A DNA stretch of 24,000 bases, taken from NCBI GenBank assembly GCA_005524015.1, contig SULG01000016.1, forward strand, positions 1 through 24,000, written 5' to 3'. The stretch is from Candidatus Jettenia ecosi. GTDB taxonomy: Bacteria > Planctomycetota > Brocadiia > Brocadiales > Brocadiaceae. The notes below the pieces were generated by a model. It worked only from the letters and a program-made list of their open reading frames with translations. It was not told the DNA's origin and did not search any database. Below, in pieces: positions 1 to 8,923 of the stretch (position 1 is its first letter; each line of letters opens with the position of its first letter). Made by a program: the position numbers and the translations under genes.

Positions 1-99
1 ACTCATCCCTATACCACCAATTCCTATAAAGTATACACAATGCCCACTTGAAGGACGATAATTAAACTGATTCTCTAACGGTGCAATATATGCCTGCAT
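1..99 (-). CDS. murC: UDP-N-acetylmuramate--L-alanine ligase MurC, first 33 codons only (gene runs off the window start)
   Basis: Too short for the ORF track. The reverse complement of 1-99 reads ATG CAG GCA... = MQAYIAPLENQFNYRPSSGHCVYFIGIGGIGMS. FIGIGGIGMS is the glycine-rich N-terminal nucleotide-binding signature of MurC. A GGGGAAG SD (rc of 105-111) lies 5 nt upstream of the ATG (97-99). The position directly after murG matches canonical dcw clusters. Confidence 0.8.
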   Translation of the reverse strand, partial: MQAYIAPLENQFNYRPSSGHCVYFIGIGGIGMS

Positions 100-128
100 G
101 CTCGCTTCCCCTTTGATAAATTTGCCGG

Positions 129-157
129 ATTATCCCCTCATCTACCGTAATTACCAA
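129..157 (-). promoter_or_regulatory. Candidate internal sigma70-type promoter for murC (TTGGTA-17 nt-GATAAT)
   Basis: The sense strand reads ggTTGGTAattacggtagatgagggGATAATccgg. The -35 is rc of 152-157 and the -10 is rc of 129-134, with a 17-nt spacer. It lies in the 127-nt murG-murC spacer. This is a sequence match only, in AT-rich DNA. Confidence 0.25.
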
Positions 158-226
158 CCGGTACTCTATTTCGATACTTTTTTAAACGATTAAGGAACCA
201 TATAAGCCTAATCAAGAGGTATTAAG

Positions 227-1351
227 TTACCCTATAGTAAGTATAAATTCAGCGCTTTTTAAACTAATCACCCTGCATATATTATCAACGACACAGACTG
301 TTGCATTGGGAATTCCCATCCCTTTATTAAACATCTTCATCCTATCATATTTTTCCTTATTATGAAGGAGATCGGTAATAAGTTCTATGAGTTTTTCAGG
401 CGTCAGATCAAATTGCTGCAACAAATACCCTCCACCATTGCTTACTAATTCCATTGCATTCCAGTATTGATGATTGTCGGCAGCATATGGATATGGTATT
501 AATATAGCAGGAATACCTATTGCGGTAATTTCGGCAATTGTAGTTGCGCCTGCCCTACAAACAATTAAATCTGCCATAGTAAGGGCGCTACCCATATCGT
601 CGAGAAAACTACACACAAATGCATCTATTTTCGTTTGTTCATATGCTGCTTTTACAGTTTTATAACTATATTCACCAGTACAATGGATTATTTGTAATTC
701 GTTTGATAATAATTCTAATCTGGGTAAACATCTCAATATAACTTCATTAATAGCCTGTGCTCCCTGACTCCCGCCTGTAATAAGCAGTGTCTTCTTAGAA
801 TGACTTAATCCAAATTTCTCTGAAGAGCACATTTTTTTGCTGTATAAAATATCCTTTCGAATCGGCGTCCCTGTTACACGAACAACCTTTGCCTTGCTGA
901 ACCATTTAACGGATCCTCGCCAATGGCAATATATCTCGTCAACCCACCTGGATAAAAATCGATTGGCCCTGCCGGGAATTACATTTTGTTCAAGCAATAC
1001 AGACGGAATACTAAGCAATTTTGCAGCAATGATTGGCGCAGCAGATGCGTATCCACCTAAACCAATCACAATATCAGGCTTCAATTTTTTCATCTCAATT
1101 AAGGATTCTACAACACCTGTAAACAGAGCGCCTGCAAACGTAAATATATGTTTCCACGATTTCTTCCATTCTTTTGCACTCATTTGCCGAAATTGGAATC
1201 CTCGTTGCTCTACACATCGCTTCTCAAATTCTTTTCCCGTTCCAAAAAATACAATTTTTGCATCATGAAACCGGAACCGAATTTCTTCTGCGGTACTCAA
1301 CCCAACCATGAGATGCCCGCCAGTACCGCCCCCTGCAAAAATTACTTTCAT
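227..1351 (-). CDS. murG: Undecaprenyl-PP-MurNAc-pentapeptide UDP-GlcNAc transferase MurG (lipid II synthesis)
   Basis: Contains the N-terminal VIFAGGGTGGHL motif and ITGGSQGAQAIN, both typical of MurG (GT28). Length of about 374 aa and dcw context fit. The track start at 1357 is GTG only 2 nt from the SD. ATG 1351 lies 8 nt downstream of AAAAGGGG, so I use 1351. Confidence 0.95.
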   Translation of the reverse strand: MKVIFAGGGTGGHLMVGLSTAEEIRFRFHDAKIVFFGTGKEFEKRCVEQRGFQFRQMSAKEWKKSWKHIFTFAGALFTGVVESLIEMKKLKPDIVIGLGGYASAAPIIAAKLLSIPSVLLEQNVIPGRANRFLSRWVDEIYCHWRGSVKWFSKAKVVRVTGTPIRKDILYSKKMCSSEKFGLSHSKKTLLITGGSQGAQAINEVILRCLPRLELLSNELQIIHCTGEYSYKTVKAAYEQTKIDAFVCSFLDDMGSALTMADLIVCRAGATTIAEITAIGIPAILIPYPYAADNHQYWNAMELVSNGGGYLLQQFDLTPEKLIELITDLLHNKEKYDRMKMFNKGMGIPNATVCVVDNICRVISLKSAEFILTIG

Positions 1352-1472
1352 TTTCACTACCCCTTTTTCCTCTTATGAATAAACTCTATAACAAGTGAAC
1401 ATACAGGATGTATCGTGAGACAACTATATGTGTATAATTTACCTGCATGATTCGCTATATAATTTCACTCTA

Positions 1473-2672
1473 TTACCAGGAGAAATTTGCTATTTTAGCA
1501 ACGATCCTATGATAAATCCTCATGAAAACCGGCTTATTCTCTGTATCCTGAAGAGAGTCCATATTGTCAACAGACACCGGTAAATTTTCTCCTGGCACAG
1601 AATGTCTTGCCACATTGATCAATATACCAATCCCTACCATTGAAAATAAAAGAGACGATCCGCCTGAACTAACAAAAGGCAAAGGGATACCTTTTGTTGG
1701 CATCATGCCAGAAACAACTGCAATATTAATAATCGCTTGCAATCCAAACATTATGGTAATCCCAAGCCCCAAAAAGAAGCCAAATATATCCCTGGCTGAA
1801 TGTACAATTTTTAACCCCTGCCATAGTAATAATATAAATAAACTTATAACAACTATCACCCCAAGGAAACCGAACTCTTCACCAATGATGGTAAAGATAA
1901 AATCGCTACTGCTTTCTGGCAAGAAGAAGAGTTTTTGCTTGCTGTTTCCAATCCCTAAGCCTGTCAAACCGCCGGAACCAAGGGCAATCCACGATTGAAT
2001 TACATGATACCCTGTTCCGGAAGGATCTCCCCATGGGTTCCAAAAGGCCATGAGTCTGTCTTTTCGATATGAGACCTCAAATAACATTTTATGAAGAAAT
2101 GGTATCGCAGCTATGATCATAAAAAAAATAAAAATAATCCTCGTTCCACCAACAATAAGCATAATAAAAGATAATAGCGCAATAAATGCAGCGGTTCCAA
2201 AATCAGGTTCAATAACTATGAGACCGCTTATCAATGCTACAACGCTGATGGGTATTATGAACCCATACATGAATTTGGACATACGGTCGTAATTTTTTGC
2301 AATATGATTTGAAATATATAGTATCATTGCTAGTTTCGCAAATTCTGATGGCTGGATGCCAAACATCGGACTCAATCGTATCCATCTCCGTGCGCCATTG
2401 GTAACAGTGCCTATTCCTGGCGCCAATACCAGCAGGAGAAGAATACCAGACACAACAAGAATAGGCACACTGAATTTCTGTAAATAATGGTAATCCACCC
2501 TTGCTGTTATTATCAACAACCCTGAGCCTACACCTATCCACAAAAGGTGTTTCATAAATTGATAACTACTTCCTTTTACTCCAAAAGTCACCATATCGGT
2601 ACTGTATACGGTAACAATGCTAAACCCTAAGAGTGCAACCATGATATATACAATAAAATGCCAGGGTTTCAC
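1473..2672 (-). CDS. ftsW: SEDS-family peptidoglycan glycosyltransferase / lipid II flippase-like protein FtsW
   Basis: A polytopic membrane protein with SEDS motifs: QPSEFAKL, EPDFGTA, LPESSSDFIF and PTKGIPLPFVSSGGSS. Its position between mraY and murG argues for FtsW rather than RodA. The track ORF (to 2678) begins TTG-TTG-GTG. The AAAGGAG SD (rc of 2681-2687) is 8 nt from GTG 2672, so the start is probably 2672-2675. Confidence 0.9.
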   Translation of the reverse strand: MKPWHFIVYIMVALLGFSIVTVYSTDMVTFGVKGSSYQFMKHLLWIGVGSGLLIITARVDYHYLQKFSVPILVVSGILLLLVLAPGIGTVTNGARRWIRLSPMFGIQPSEFAKLAMILYISNHIAKNYDRMSKFMYGFIIPISVVALISGLIVIEPDFGTAAFIALLSFIMLIVGGTRIIFIFFMIIAAIPFLHKMLFEVSYRKDRLMAFWNPWGDPSGTGYHVIQSWIALGSGGLTGLGIGNSKQKLFFLPESSSDFIFTIIGEEFGFLGVIVVISLFILLLWQGLKIVHSARDIFGFFLGLGITIMFGLQAIINIAVVSGMMPTKGIPLPFVSSGGSSLLFSMVGIGILINVARHSVPGENLPVSVDNMDSLQDTENKPVFMRIYHRIVAKIANFSW

Positions 2673-2690
2673 CAACAAACTCCTTTAATC

Positions 2691-3755
2691 TTACAATAAA
2701 ATAAAACTGAATCCGCCCAAGAGAACTGCAACAATCCAGAACCGGAAAGTAACTTTTGTTTCAGACAACCCTTTGAATTGAAAATGATGATGCAGGGGCG
2801 CGCAACGAAAAATTCTCTTCTTTGTCATTTTATAGAAGGAAACTTGCATGATGACAGAAATTGTCTCAGCAATAAAGATACCTCCGATAACAATCATTAC
2901 CACTTCTTGTTTTACAATAATAGCAACAAGCCCCAGTACGCCTCCCAATGCTAATGAACCTGTATCACCCATAAAAACTTGAGCAGGAAAACAGTTATAC
3001 CATAAAAATCCTAAACCTCCTCCTGCAAGCGCAGCACAAAAAACGCTCAATTCCTGACTTCCTGCAATATAAGGAATATTCAGATAATTACTGAAATCTA
3101 CATTCCCCGAAATATAAGCAATAACAGTAAAAACAGCGCCTGCTATAATGCTACACCCTATCGCTAATCCATCCAGCCCATCAGTAAGATTCACAGCATT
3201 TGACATCGCCACAATAAAGAAGGTAACGACTAATATGTAAAAAGGTCCTAAATCAGGTTTAAATTCTTTTATAAAAGGAATTACTACCTGTGTACCCCAC
3301 GTGAATTTATTAAAATGAAAATATAAAATTAACCCTAATACGAGTCCCAATGCCGATTGAAATAAAAATTTTGACATATCACTTAAACCCGATGCATCTT
3401 TTTGTGTTAGTTTGATATAGTCATCAATGAACCCAAGCGCGCCAAACCATATCAGCGTAAACATTAATAAAAGGACATACCCATTATAAACGTTACACCA
3501 GAGTAAAGTAGAGATAAGAATAGCAACAATTACAATCGTTCCTCCCATAGTAGGGGTATTTTTTTTACTGGAATGCATACGTTTTAGTTCTTCAGAATCC
3601 GTTTTTGTCGTATCTTCACCAATCTTCAATGATCTGAGTTTCTTGATGAACCAATGACCAAAAAAAATACTAATGAAAAACGCTGTAAAAGCAGCAAAGC
3701 ATAAACGAAAAGCTACAGATTCAAATATTTCTAATGAAAACCAATGGTATAGCAA
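2691..3755 (-). CDS. mraY: Phospho-N-acetylmuramoyl-pentapeptide transferase MraY
   Basis: Contains the signature motifs NAVNLTDGLDGLA, MGDTGSLALGG and APLHHHF in a multi-TM protein of 354 aa. The start codon is TTG (rc of 3753-3755). The next in-frame Met is about residue 59, so the non-ATG start appears genuine. Confidence 0.96.
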   Translation of the reverse strand: MLYHWFSLEIFESVAFRLCFAAFTAFFISIFFGHWFIKKLRSLKIGEDTTKTDSEELKRMHSSKKNTPTMGGTIVIVAILISTLLWCNVYNGYVLLLMFTLIWFGALGFIDDYIKLTQKDASGLSDMSKFLFQSALGLVLGLILYFHFNKFTWGTQVVIPFIKEFKPDLGPFYILVVTFFIVAMSNAVNLTDGLDGLAIGCSIIAGAVFTVIAYISGNVDFSNYLNIPYIAGSQELSVFCAALAGGGLGFLWYNCFPAQVFMGDTGSLALGGVLGLVAIIVKQEVVMIVIGGIFIAETISVIMQVSFYKMTKKRIFRCAPLHHHFQFKGLSETKVTFRFWIVAVLLGGFSFILL

Positions 3756-3848
3756 GTCTCTTAACCTCGTTAATTATTCATTATCTCTTAAGTCAATTGT
3801 CTTTGAAATAATTGATACATTCTTTTTTTATCAACAATCCTTTTTCTG

Positions 3849-5255
3849 TTAAAAACAGTTATGACTCAGTTCCTGTTTAAGAAAAAATTCCCTAAATTTC
3901 TCAACAATTTTTTCCATATGCATACCTCTGGAGCCTTTAATTAGTACGGTATCATTCTCTTTCAGAGTATTTATTTCGGATGCTGAAATATCCGCAACTT
4001 CTTTAAAATTCATGATCCGCCTTTCCGGCATACCGGATAACTTTGCCGCCCTTGCGATATCATATGCATGCTCTCCCACCGTCCATAACACATCAATATT
4101 AAGGCGAGCCACCTTCTCTCCGACTTCTCTGTGTAGCGGATACGATTCTTTCCCTAACTCTAACATATCTCCACAGATGAAAACCCTTCTATTCCTCGTA
4201 TTGATTTCACCAAGATACTGCAAAGCAGCATTTACCGATTCAGGATTTGCATTATATGCGTCATTAATAACGGTAATATTTCCTATACACTGCTGTTCCA
4301 TTCTCATCGAGGGTAGTTTAAAAGAGGAAAGGGCATCCTTCAGATCACGGAGATCATGACCTAATGCATAGCAGATTGCAAAAGATGCCAGACAGTTGTT
4401 TATATTATGATCTCCAGGAATCGGAACATAAACATCTAAATAGCCATTGATTGTTATCATATATCCTGTATTTTTCTTCTTTACATCTGTACATCTTATC
4501 TGTGCATGATGATTAAAACCAAAGCTTACAGACTTCCCCTTATACCGGTCAGCAATCGTAATACACCATGGATTATCAATATTGTATACAAATACACCAC
4601 CGATCCGGATATTCTCTAATATCTCGCCTTTTGCCCGAGCAACACCTTCAATACTTCCGAGTCCCTCCAAATGAGTTTTTGAGATGTTAACAATTACAGC
4701 AATCTCTGGATTACCAATTTCAGAAAGACGTAAAATTTCACCAGGGGCATTTGTGCCCATCTCAAGAACACCATACCGGTGCTTATTTTCTATTTCAAAT
4801 ATCGTTATCGGCACACCGATAAAATTATTGAAACTTTTCTGTGATTTTACCGTCGGGCTAAAACACGACAATAAGTGGTATGTCATCTCTTTTGTAGTAG
4901 TTTTTCCATTACTTCCCGTAATACCGATAATCCGTGTATCCAATTTTTGACGGTAATATTTTGCCAAATCACCTAAAGCCGTTATAGTATTTGCTACTTG
5001 AATTACAGAAGAACTCCTGCCCTTCAAGTCCAGGGTATGCTCACGGGAAACAACCACACCTATAGCTCCGTTATCTATCGCCTGAACAATAAATTGATGG
5101 CCATCAAAATGTTCTCCCGGAATTGCGAAAAACAGATCACCGTTTTGAATATTCCGACTGTTAGTTGACACACCTCTTATTCTGGCATTTTTATCTGCAA
5201 ATATCAGTTGCCCATTAACGGCTTTGGCAGCTTCTTCAAAAGATATGGTTTCCAT
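3849..5255 (-). CDS. murF: UDP-MurNAc-tripeptide--D-alanyl-D-alanine ligase MurF
   Basis: Contains the Mur-ligase P-loop GITGSNGKTTTKEM and the MurF-typical INDAYNANPES. Length is 468 aa with an ATG start. It lies 14 nt after the murE stop. Confidence 0.95.
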   Translation of the reverse strand: METISFEEAAKAVNGQLIFADKNARIRGVSTNSRNIQNGDLFFAIPGEHFDGHQFIVQAIDNGAIGVVVSREHTLDLKGRSSSVIQVANTITALGDLAKYYRQKLDTRIIGITGSNGKTTTKEMTYHLLSCFSPTVKSQKSFNNFIGVPITIFEIENKHRYGVLEMGTNAPGEILRLSEIGNPEIAVIVNISKTHLEGLGSIEGVARAKGEILENIRIGGVFVYNIDNPWCITIADRYKGKSVSFGFNHHAQIRCTDVKKKNTGYMITINGYLDVYVPIPGDHNINNCLASFAICYALGHDLRDLKDALSSFKLPSMRMEQQCIGNITVINDAYNANPESVNAALQYLGEINTRNRRVFICGDMLELGKESYPLHREVGEKVARLNIDVLWTVGEHAYDIARAAKLSGMPERRIMNFKEVADISASEINTLKENDTVLIKGSRGMHMEKIVEKFREFFLKQELSHNCF

Positions 5256-5269
5256 ACTTACCCATTACC

Positions 5270-6745
5270 TTAGCTATTAAAATTTGCTATTAAATTATTT
5301 TGTAGTCTATGTCTTACAACCTCATGATCATGAAAAGGAGTCACAGTATCTTTTGATATCTGATATTGCTCATGGCCTTTGCCTGCAATAATTACAATAT
5401 CTCCACTTTTTGCTTCTAAAAGGGCTTCTTCAATAGCGCTTTTTCTATCAGGTTGTATGCGAAAAGCAGCTTTACTGCTTAACCCTTTTTGAATTTCATG
5501 AATAATACTACAAGGATCCTCAGAACGAGGATTATCGCTTGTTATCCAGAAAAGATCGGAATATTTCTCTGCGATATGCCCCATCTTAGGTCTTTTTTTT
5601 CTATCCCGGTCTCCACCACATCCAAAGACGAGTAAAATGCGTCTGGTTGTTATCTCTCTGAGAGTACTCAAAATTACTTGTAACGCCTGATGTGTATGGG
5701 CATAATCAATATAAACAAGAAAATCCTGTCCACAATCAATTTTTTCCAATCGACCAGGAACCATAGGTAAAGATTCGATGCCTGCTCTTATTGTATCAAT
5801 TGTAAACCCTTGTGCCAAAGTACTTGCAGCCGCTGCTAACGCATTATAAATGTTGTGTTTTCCCACCAATTTTAGATGGATCGTCTTTTTCCCCCAGGGA
5901 GAATTGAGTAAAAACCTTGTTGTATCATGACCCAAATGGATTTCCTCTGCTATCACATCGGCATTCTTTTTCTTTATACCATACCAAATTACCCGTGACT
6001 TCGTACACTGTGCAAAATACTTACTCATATTATGATCAGCATTCAGTACGGTAATTGCATCTGAATTTAATTTTTTTACCAACTTTAATTTTTCTTCCCT
6101 ATAACTTTTTATATTTTCATGGTAATCAAGATGCTCAGCAGATAAATTCGTAAAAATTGCAGAACTGAAATGAATACCATCTAACCGGTGCTGGGATAAG
6201 GCATGAGAAGACGCTTCAATTACAGCGTACCGTATATCAGATTTAAGCATTTGTGAGAGATAACTCTGTATTTCAACAGATTCAGGAGTCGTTTCCTGAG
6301 CAGGAATAACTCTCTTTCCAATTTGATATTGAATGGTCCCAATAAGACCCGCTTCATTGCCAGAAGCCTCAATAATTGATTTTGTGAGATAGGATGTCGT
6401 TGTTTTGCCGTTTGTTCCTGTAATGCCAGTTACTATCATCTTGGAAGAGGGTTCATTATAAAAATGATTACTCATACATGCCAGAGCCTTGCGTGTATTG
6501 GACACAATAATTTGAGGTATTTGCAAAGCAACTTCACTTCTTTTCTCAACAACGAGAGCTGTAGCCCCTTTTTCTATTGCCTTGATAAGGAAGTCATGCC
6601 CATCCAACTTATGACCTTTGATTGCAACAAACACACAACCCTTTTTGACTTTACGAGAGTCTTGTGTTATCCCACACACATCCTTCTCTGCAAAATCATA
6701 AGATTTGTATCTTTTTAGACAGGAACAAAGCTCACTTAATTTCAT
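5270..6745 (-). CDS. murE: UDP-MurNAc-L-Ala-D-Glu--2,6-diaminopimelate ligase MurE
   Basis: Contains GITGTNGKTTT, GCGGDRD and the DNPRSEDP (DNPR) motif associated with meso-DAP-adding MurE enzymes. The track start (TTG 6802) adds 19 residues with no counterpart in MurE proteins. MKLSELCSCLK... (ATG 6743-6745) matches the usual MurE N-terminus, for example B. subtilis MKLTKLL... as I recall it. Confidence 0.95.
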   Translation of the reverse strand: MKLSELCSCLKRYKSYDFAEKDVCGITQDSRKVKKGCVFVAIKGHKLDGHDFLIKAIEKGATALVVEKRSEVALQIPQIIVSNTRKALACMSNHFYNEPSSKMIVTGITGTNGKTTTSYLTKSIIEASGNEAGLIGTIQYQIGKRVIPAQETTPESVEIQSYLSQMLKSDIRYAVIEASSHALSQHRLDGIHFSSAIFTNLSAEHLDYHENIKSYREEKLKLVKKLNSDAITVLNADHNMSKYFAQCTKSRVIWYGIKKKNADVIAEEIHLGHDTTRFLLNSPWGKKTIHLKLVGKHNIYNALAAAASTLAQGFTIDTIRAGIESLPMVPGRLEKIDCGQDFLVYIDYAHTHQALQVILSTLREITTRRILLVFGCGGDRDRKKRPKMGHIAEKYSDLFWITSDNPRSEDPCSIIHEIQKGLSSKAAFRIQPDRKSAIEEALLEAKSGDIVIIAGKGHEQYQISKDTVTPFHDHEVVRHRLQNNLIANFNS

Positions 6746-7028
6746 GTCCGGCTGCCGAATCCTCTTCAAATAGGTTATTTTTCTCTGATGAAGAATAATC
6801 AATTTTTAGTGTTGCATCAAAACCCTGTGTCCGTTTACTTCCTGATTGAGCAATTCGTTCGTAGAAGCACTTTGTTTTATCGATTTTATCAACTTCTTCA
6901 GCATATTCCTTTAGGAGCCTATCCAGCGTTTCCCGGTTGGTAGTACGAGCTACTTCCAGTTCTTTTTCTGTTGCATAAAGACTATACCATAGAATAAAAT
7001 TTTGTTTTTCAATTTCTTTGTCTTTCAT
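6732..7028 (-). CDS. Hypothetical 98-aa acidic soluble protein, family not recognised, embedded in the dcw cluster
   Basis: The ATG at 7026-7028 has an AGGAAG SD (rc of 7035-7040) 6 nt upstream. Its stop TGA (6732-6734) overlaps the murE start by 14 nt (ATGAAATTAAGTGA). There is no TM segment. The strand and operon context match the flanking dcw genes. Confidence 0.6.
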   Translation of the reverse strand: MKDKEIEKQNFILWYSLYATEKELEVARTTNRETLDRLLKEYAEEVDKIDKTKCFYERIAQSGSKRTQGFDATLKIDYSSSEKNNLFEEDSAAGHEIK

Positions 7029-7147
7029 CTTCGTCTTCCTGTTTACTAAGATGATTATCGTAACAAAACCAAAAAACGTTTCATGTTCTTTTCTTAGCCG
7101 TTACCATTGCCCTTAAATTGCTCCTATAAAGCGTACATAATCCGCAA

Positions 7148-8869
7148 TTATTGCATCGCCATCTGAAATTTTAAAGGCTCAACACCAAGATAGAGCAACG
7201 ATCTTCGAATAATTTCCCGCACCGCAGGAGCCGCAACGGTACCGCCGTAATATGCACCGTTCTGAGGCTCATTAATCATTACCAATACACAAATACGGGG
7301 CTGTTCTGCAGGAGCATAGGCAATAAAAGAACCCACATATTTTTCGTGAGAATATCGTTTTCCCTCACCGGAAGTTTTTTGTGACGTACCTGTCTTCCCG
7401 GCAAGATCATACTCAAATAGATTTGCACTTTTTCCAGTGCCTTCCGTAACAACCTTCATCAATATAGGGTTCATCATATTACGTGCAATATTTACATTCA
7501 TTACCCTTCGAACAAGTTGCGGATGTGGAAATTCTTCTTTTATTTTCTTATCGTTACTTACCATTGATCTTATAATACCCGGCTTCAGTAATACCCCTCC
7601 ATTCGGGATAGTACAAAAAGCGGTAATAAACTGCAATGGTGTAACAGCAACCTCATGTCCTATCGAAATAGATACCAGAGAGTAGGTGTCTGACCACTGC
7701 TTTGCTGGACGGAAGATACCTCCGATTTCCCCTGGTAGTTCAATTCCTGTTTTTTCTCCAAATTTAAACTGCTTAAGATATTGATACATCTTTTGTATCC
7801 CCATAAGCAGTCCTAACTTGGCCATTCCGATATTACTCGAATAAGAAACGATTTCAGCAACAGTAAGATTGCCATAACCTCCATGGGTATCATGAAGAGT
7901 TCTGCCTTTTATTTCATAAACACCATTATTGCAAAATAAAACATCATCAGGCCTTACGATACCCTCTTCCAGTAAGCCTGAAAGTACAATAGGTTTCATT
8001 AACGAACCGGGCTCATAACAATCGGTTATAGCAAGATTTCTCCGGTTATTTGAATGATATTTCTTGAAATGATTTGGATTATAGGTAGGATAATTGGCCA
8101 TACCAAGCACTTCACCTGTCATCGGATCCATTGCAATCGCTGTTGCGGAGGAAGGCATCCACTTCTCACAAGCAATCCCTAATTCTTCTTCAACAATATG
8201 CTGAATAGTAGCATCAATTGTCAGAACAACAGTATTTCCATGCTTAGGCAGTTGCACCTTTGAGTCCGGTGTGATAATCTGGCGTTGCAGTGCATCCCGG
8301 AAAATGAGTTTATATCCCGATTTCCCCGTCAACATATCATCAAATGATAATTCAATACCTTCTATTCCCTTCTCATCAATATTGGTAAATCCAAGGATAT
8401 GACTTCCTAATTGCTGATTGGGATAAAATCGGTGATATTCGTGACTCATATAGACACCTTTTAGTGATAACTTTGCTATTGCACGAAGTTCTTCATCACC
8501 TATCTTTCGCTTAATCCAAACAAATCGCTTATCTTTATTCAGCAGTTTGATTAACTTTGAGGAGTTAAGCTTTAAAATCTTACTGAGATGATATGCTACA
8601 TGAGGGATGTCTTCAACTTCAGTAGGGTCAGCATAAATAGAACCTACTTGTAAAGATTCTGCAAGTGTATTTCCATTCCGGTCTAAGATTGAACCTCTTC
8701 TTGCGGGTAGCTCAATCTTCTTACACTGCTGCGCTTTGGCTAGTTTTGTATATTTATCATGATCAATTATTTGAATACCCGCTAAACGAATAGCAAGGAA
8801 GATAAAAACTGCGATGAAAAAAACACCAATACTATTTACCCAAAACCTATGTTTTTTTAAAGGCAACAC
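7148..8869 (-). CDS. ftsI: Class B penicillin-binding protein / septal transpeptidase FtsI (PBP3-like)
   Basis: Has an N-terminal TM anchor (VFFIAVFIFLAIRLAGIQI), a PBP dimerisation region, and the transpeptidase motifs SxxK (GSLMKP), SxN (YSSNIG) and KTG (GKTGTSQ). The start is GTG (rc of 8867-8869). The position after ftsL fits the dcw order. Confidence 0.93.
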   Translation of the reverse strand: MLPLKKHRFWVNSIGVFFIAVFIFLAIRLAGIQIIDHDKYTKLAKAQQCKKIELPARRGSILDRNGNTLAESLQVGSIYADPTEVEDIPHVAYHLSKILKLNSSKLIKLLNKDKRFVWIKRKIGDEELRAIAKLSLKGVYMSHEYHRFYPNQQLGSHILGFTNIDEKGIEGIELSFDDMLTGKSGYKLIFRDALQRQIITPDSKVQLPKHGNTVVLTIDATIQHIVEEELGIACEKWMPSSATAIAMDPMTGEVLGMANYPTYNPNHFKKYHSNNRRNLAITDCYEPGSLMKPIVLSGLLEEGIVRPDDVLFCNNGVYEIKGRTLHDTHGGYGNLTVAEIVSYSSNIGMAKLGLLMGIQKMYQYLKQFKFGEKTGIELPGEIGGIFRPAKQWSDTYSLVSISIGHEVAVTPLQFITAFCTIPNGGVLLKPGIIRSMVSNDKKIKEEFPHPQLVRRVMNVNIARNMMNPILMKVVTEGTGKSANLFEYDLAGKTGTSQKTSGEGKRYSHEKYVGSFIAYAPAEQPRICVLVMINEPQNGAYYGGTVAAPAVREIIRRSLLYLGVEPLKFQMAMQ

Positions 8870-8880
8870 GTTGGTAATTT

Positions 8881-8898
8881 TATAAATTATATAAATTA
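8881..8898. repeat. Perfect tandem duplication of TATAAATTA (2 x 9 bp) in the ftsL-ftsI spacer
   Basis: Read directly: tataaatta tataaatta at 8881-8889 and 8890-8898. On the sense (minus) strand it contains a TATAAT hexamer 16 nt upstream of the ftsI GTG. Confidence 0.9.
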
Positions 8899-8923
8899 AG
8901 CGGATAATGTAAGATCAAACCTT

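Noticed and set aside
2209-2541. 110-aa same-strand ORF in an alternative frame within ftsW.
   Set aside because: It lies entirely inside the well-supported SEDS reading frame. The product is Cys/Trp/Arg-rich nonsense with no SD.
6746-6802. 19-codon N-terminal extension of murE from TTG 6802 (MIILHQRKITYLKRIRQPD).
   Set aside because: There is no SD and no counterpart in MurE proteins. It overlaps the orphan ORF in another frame. MKLSEL at 6745 matches the usual MurE N-terminus.
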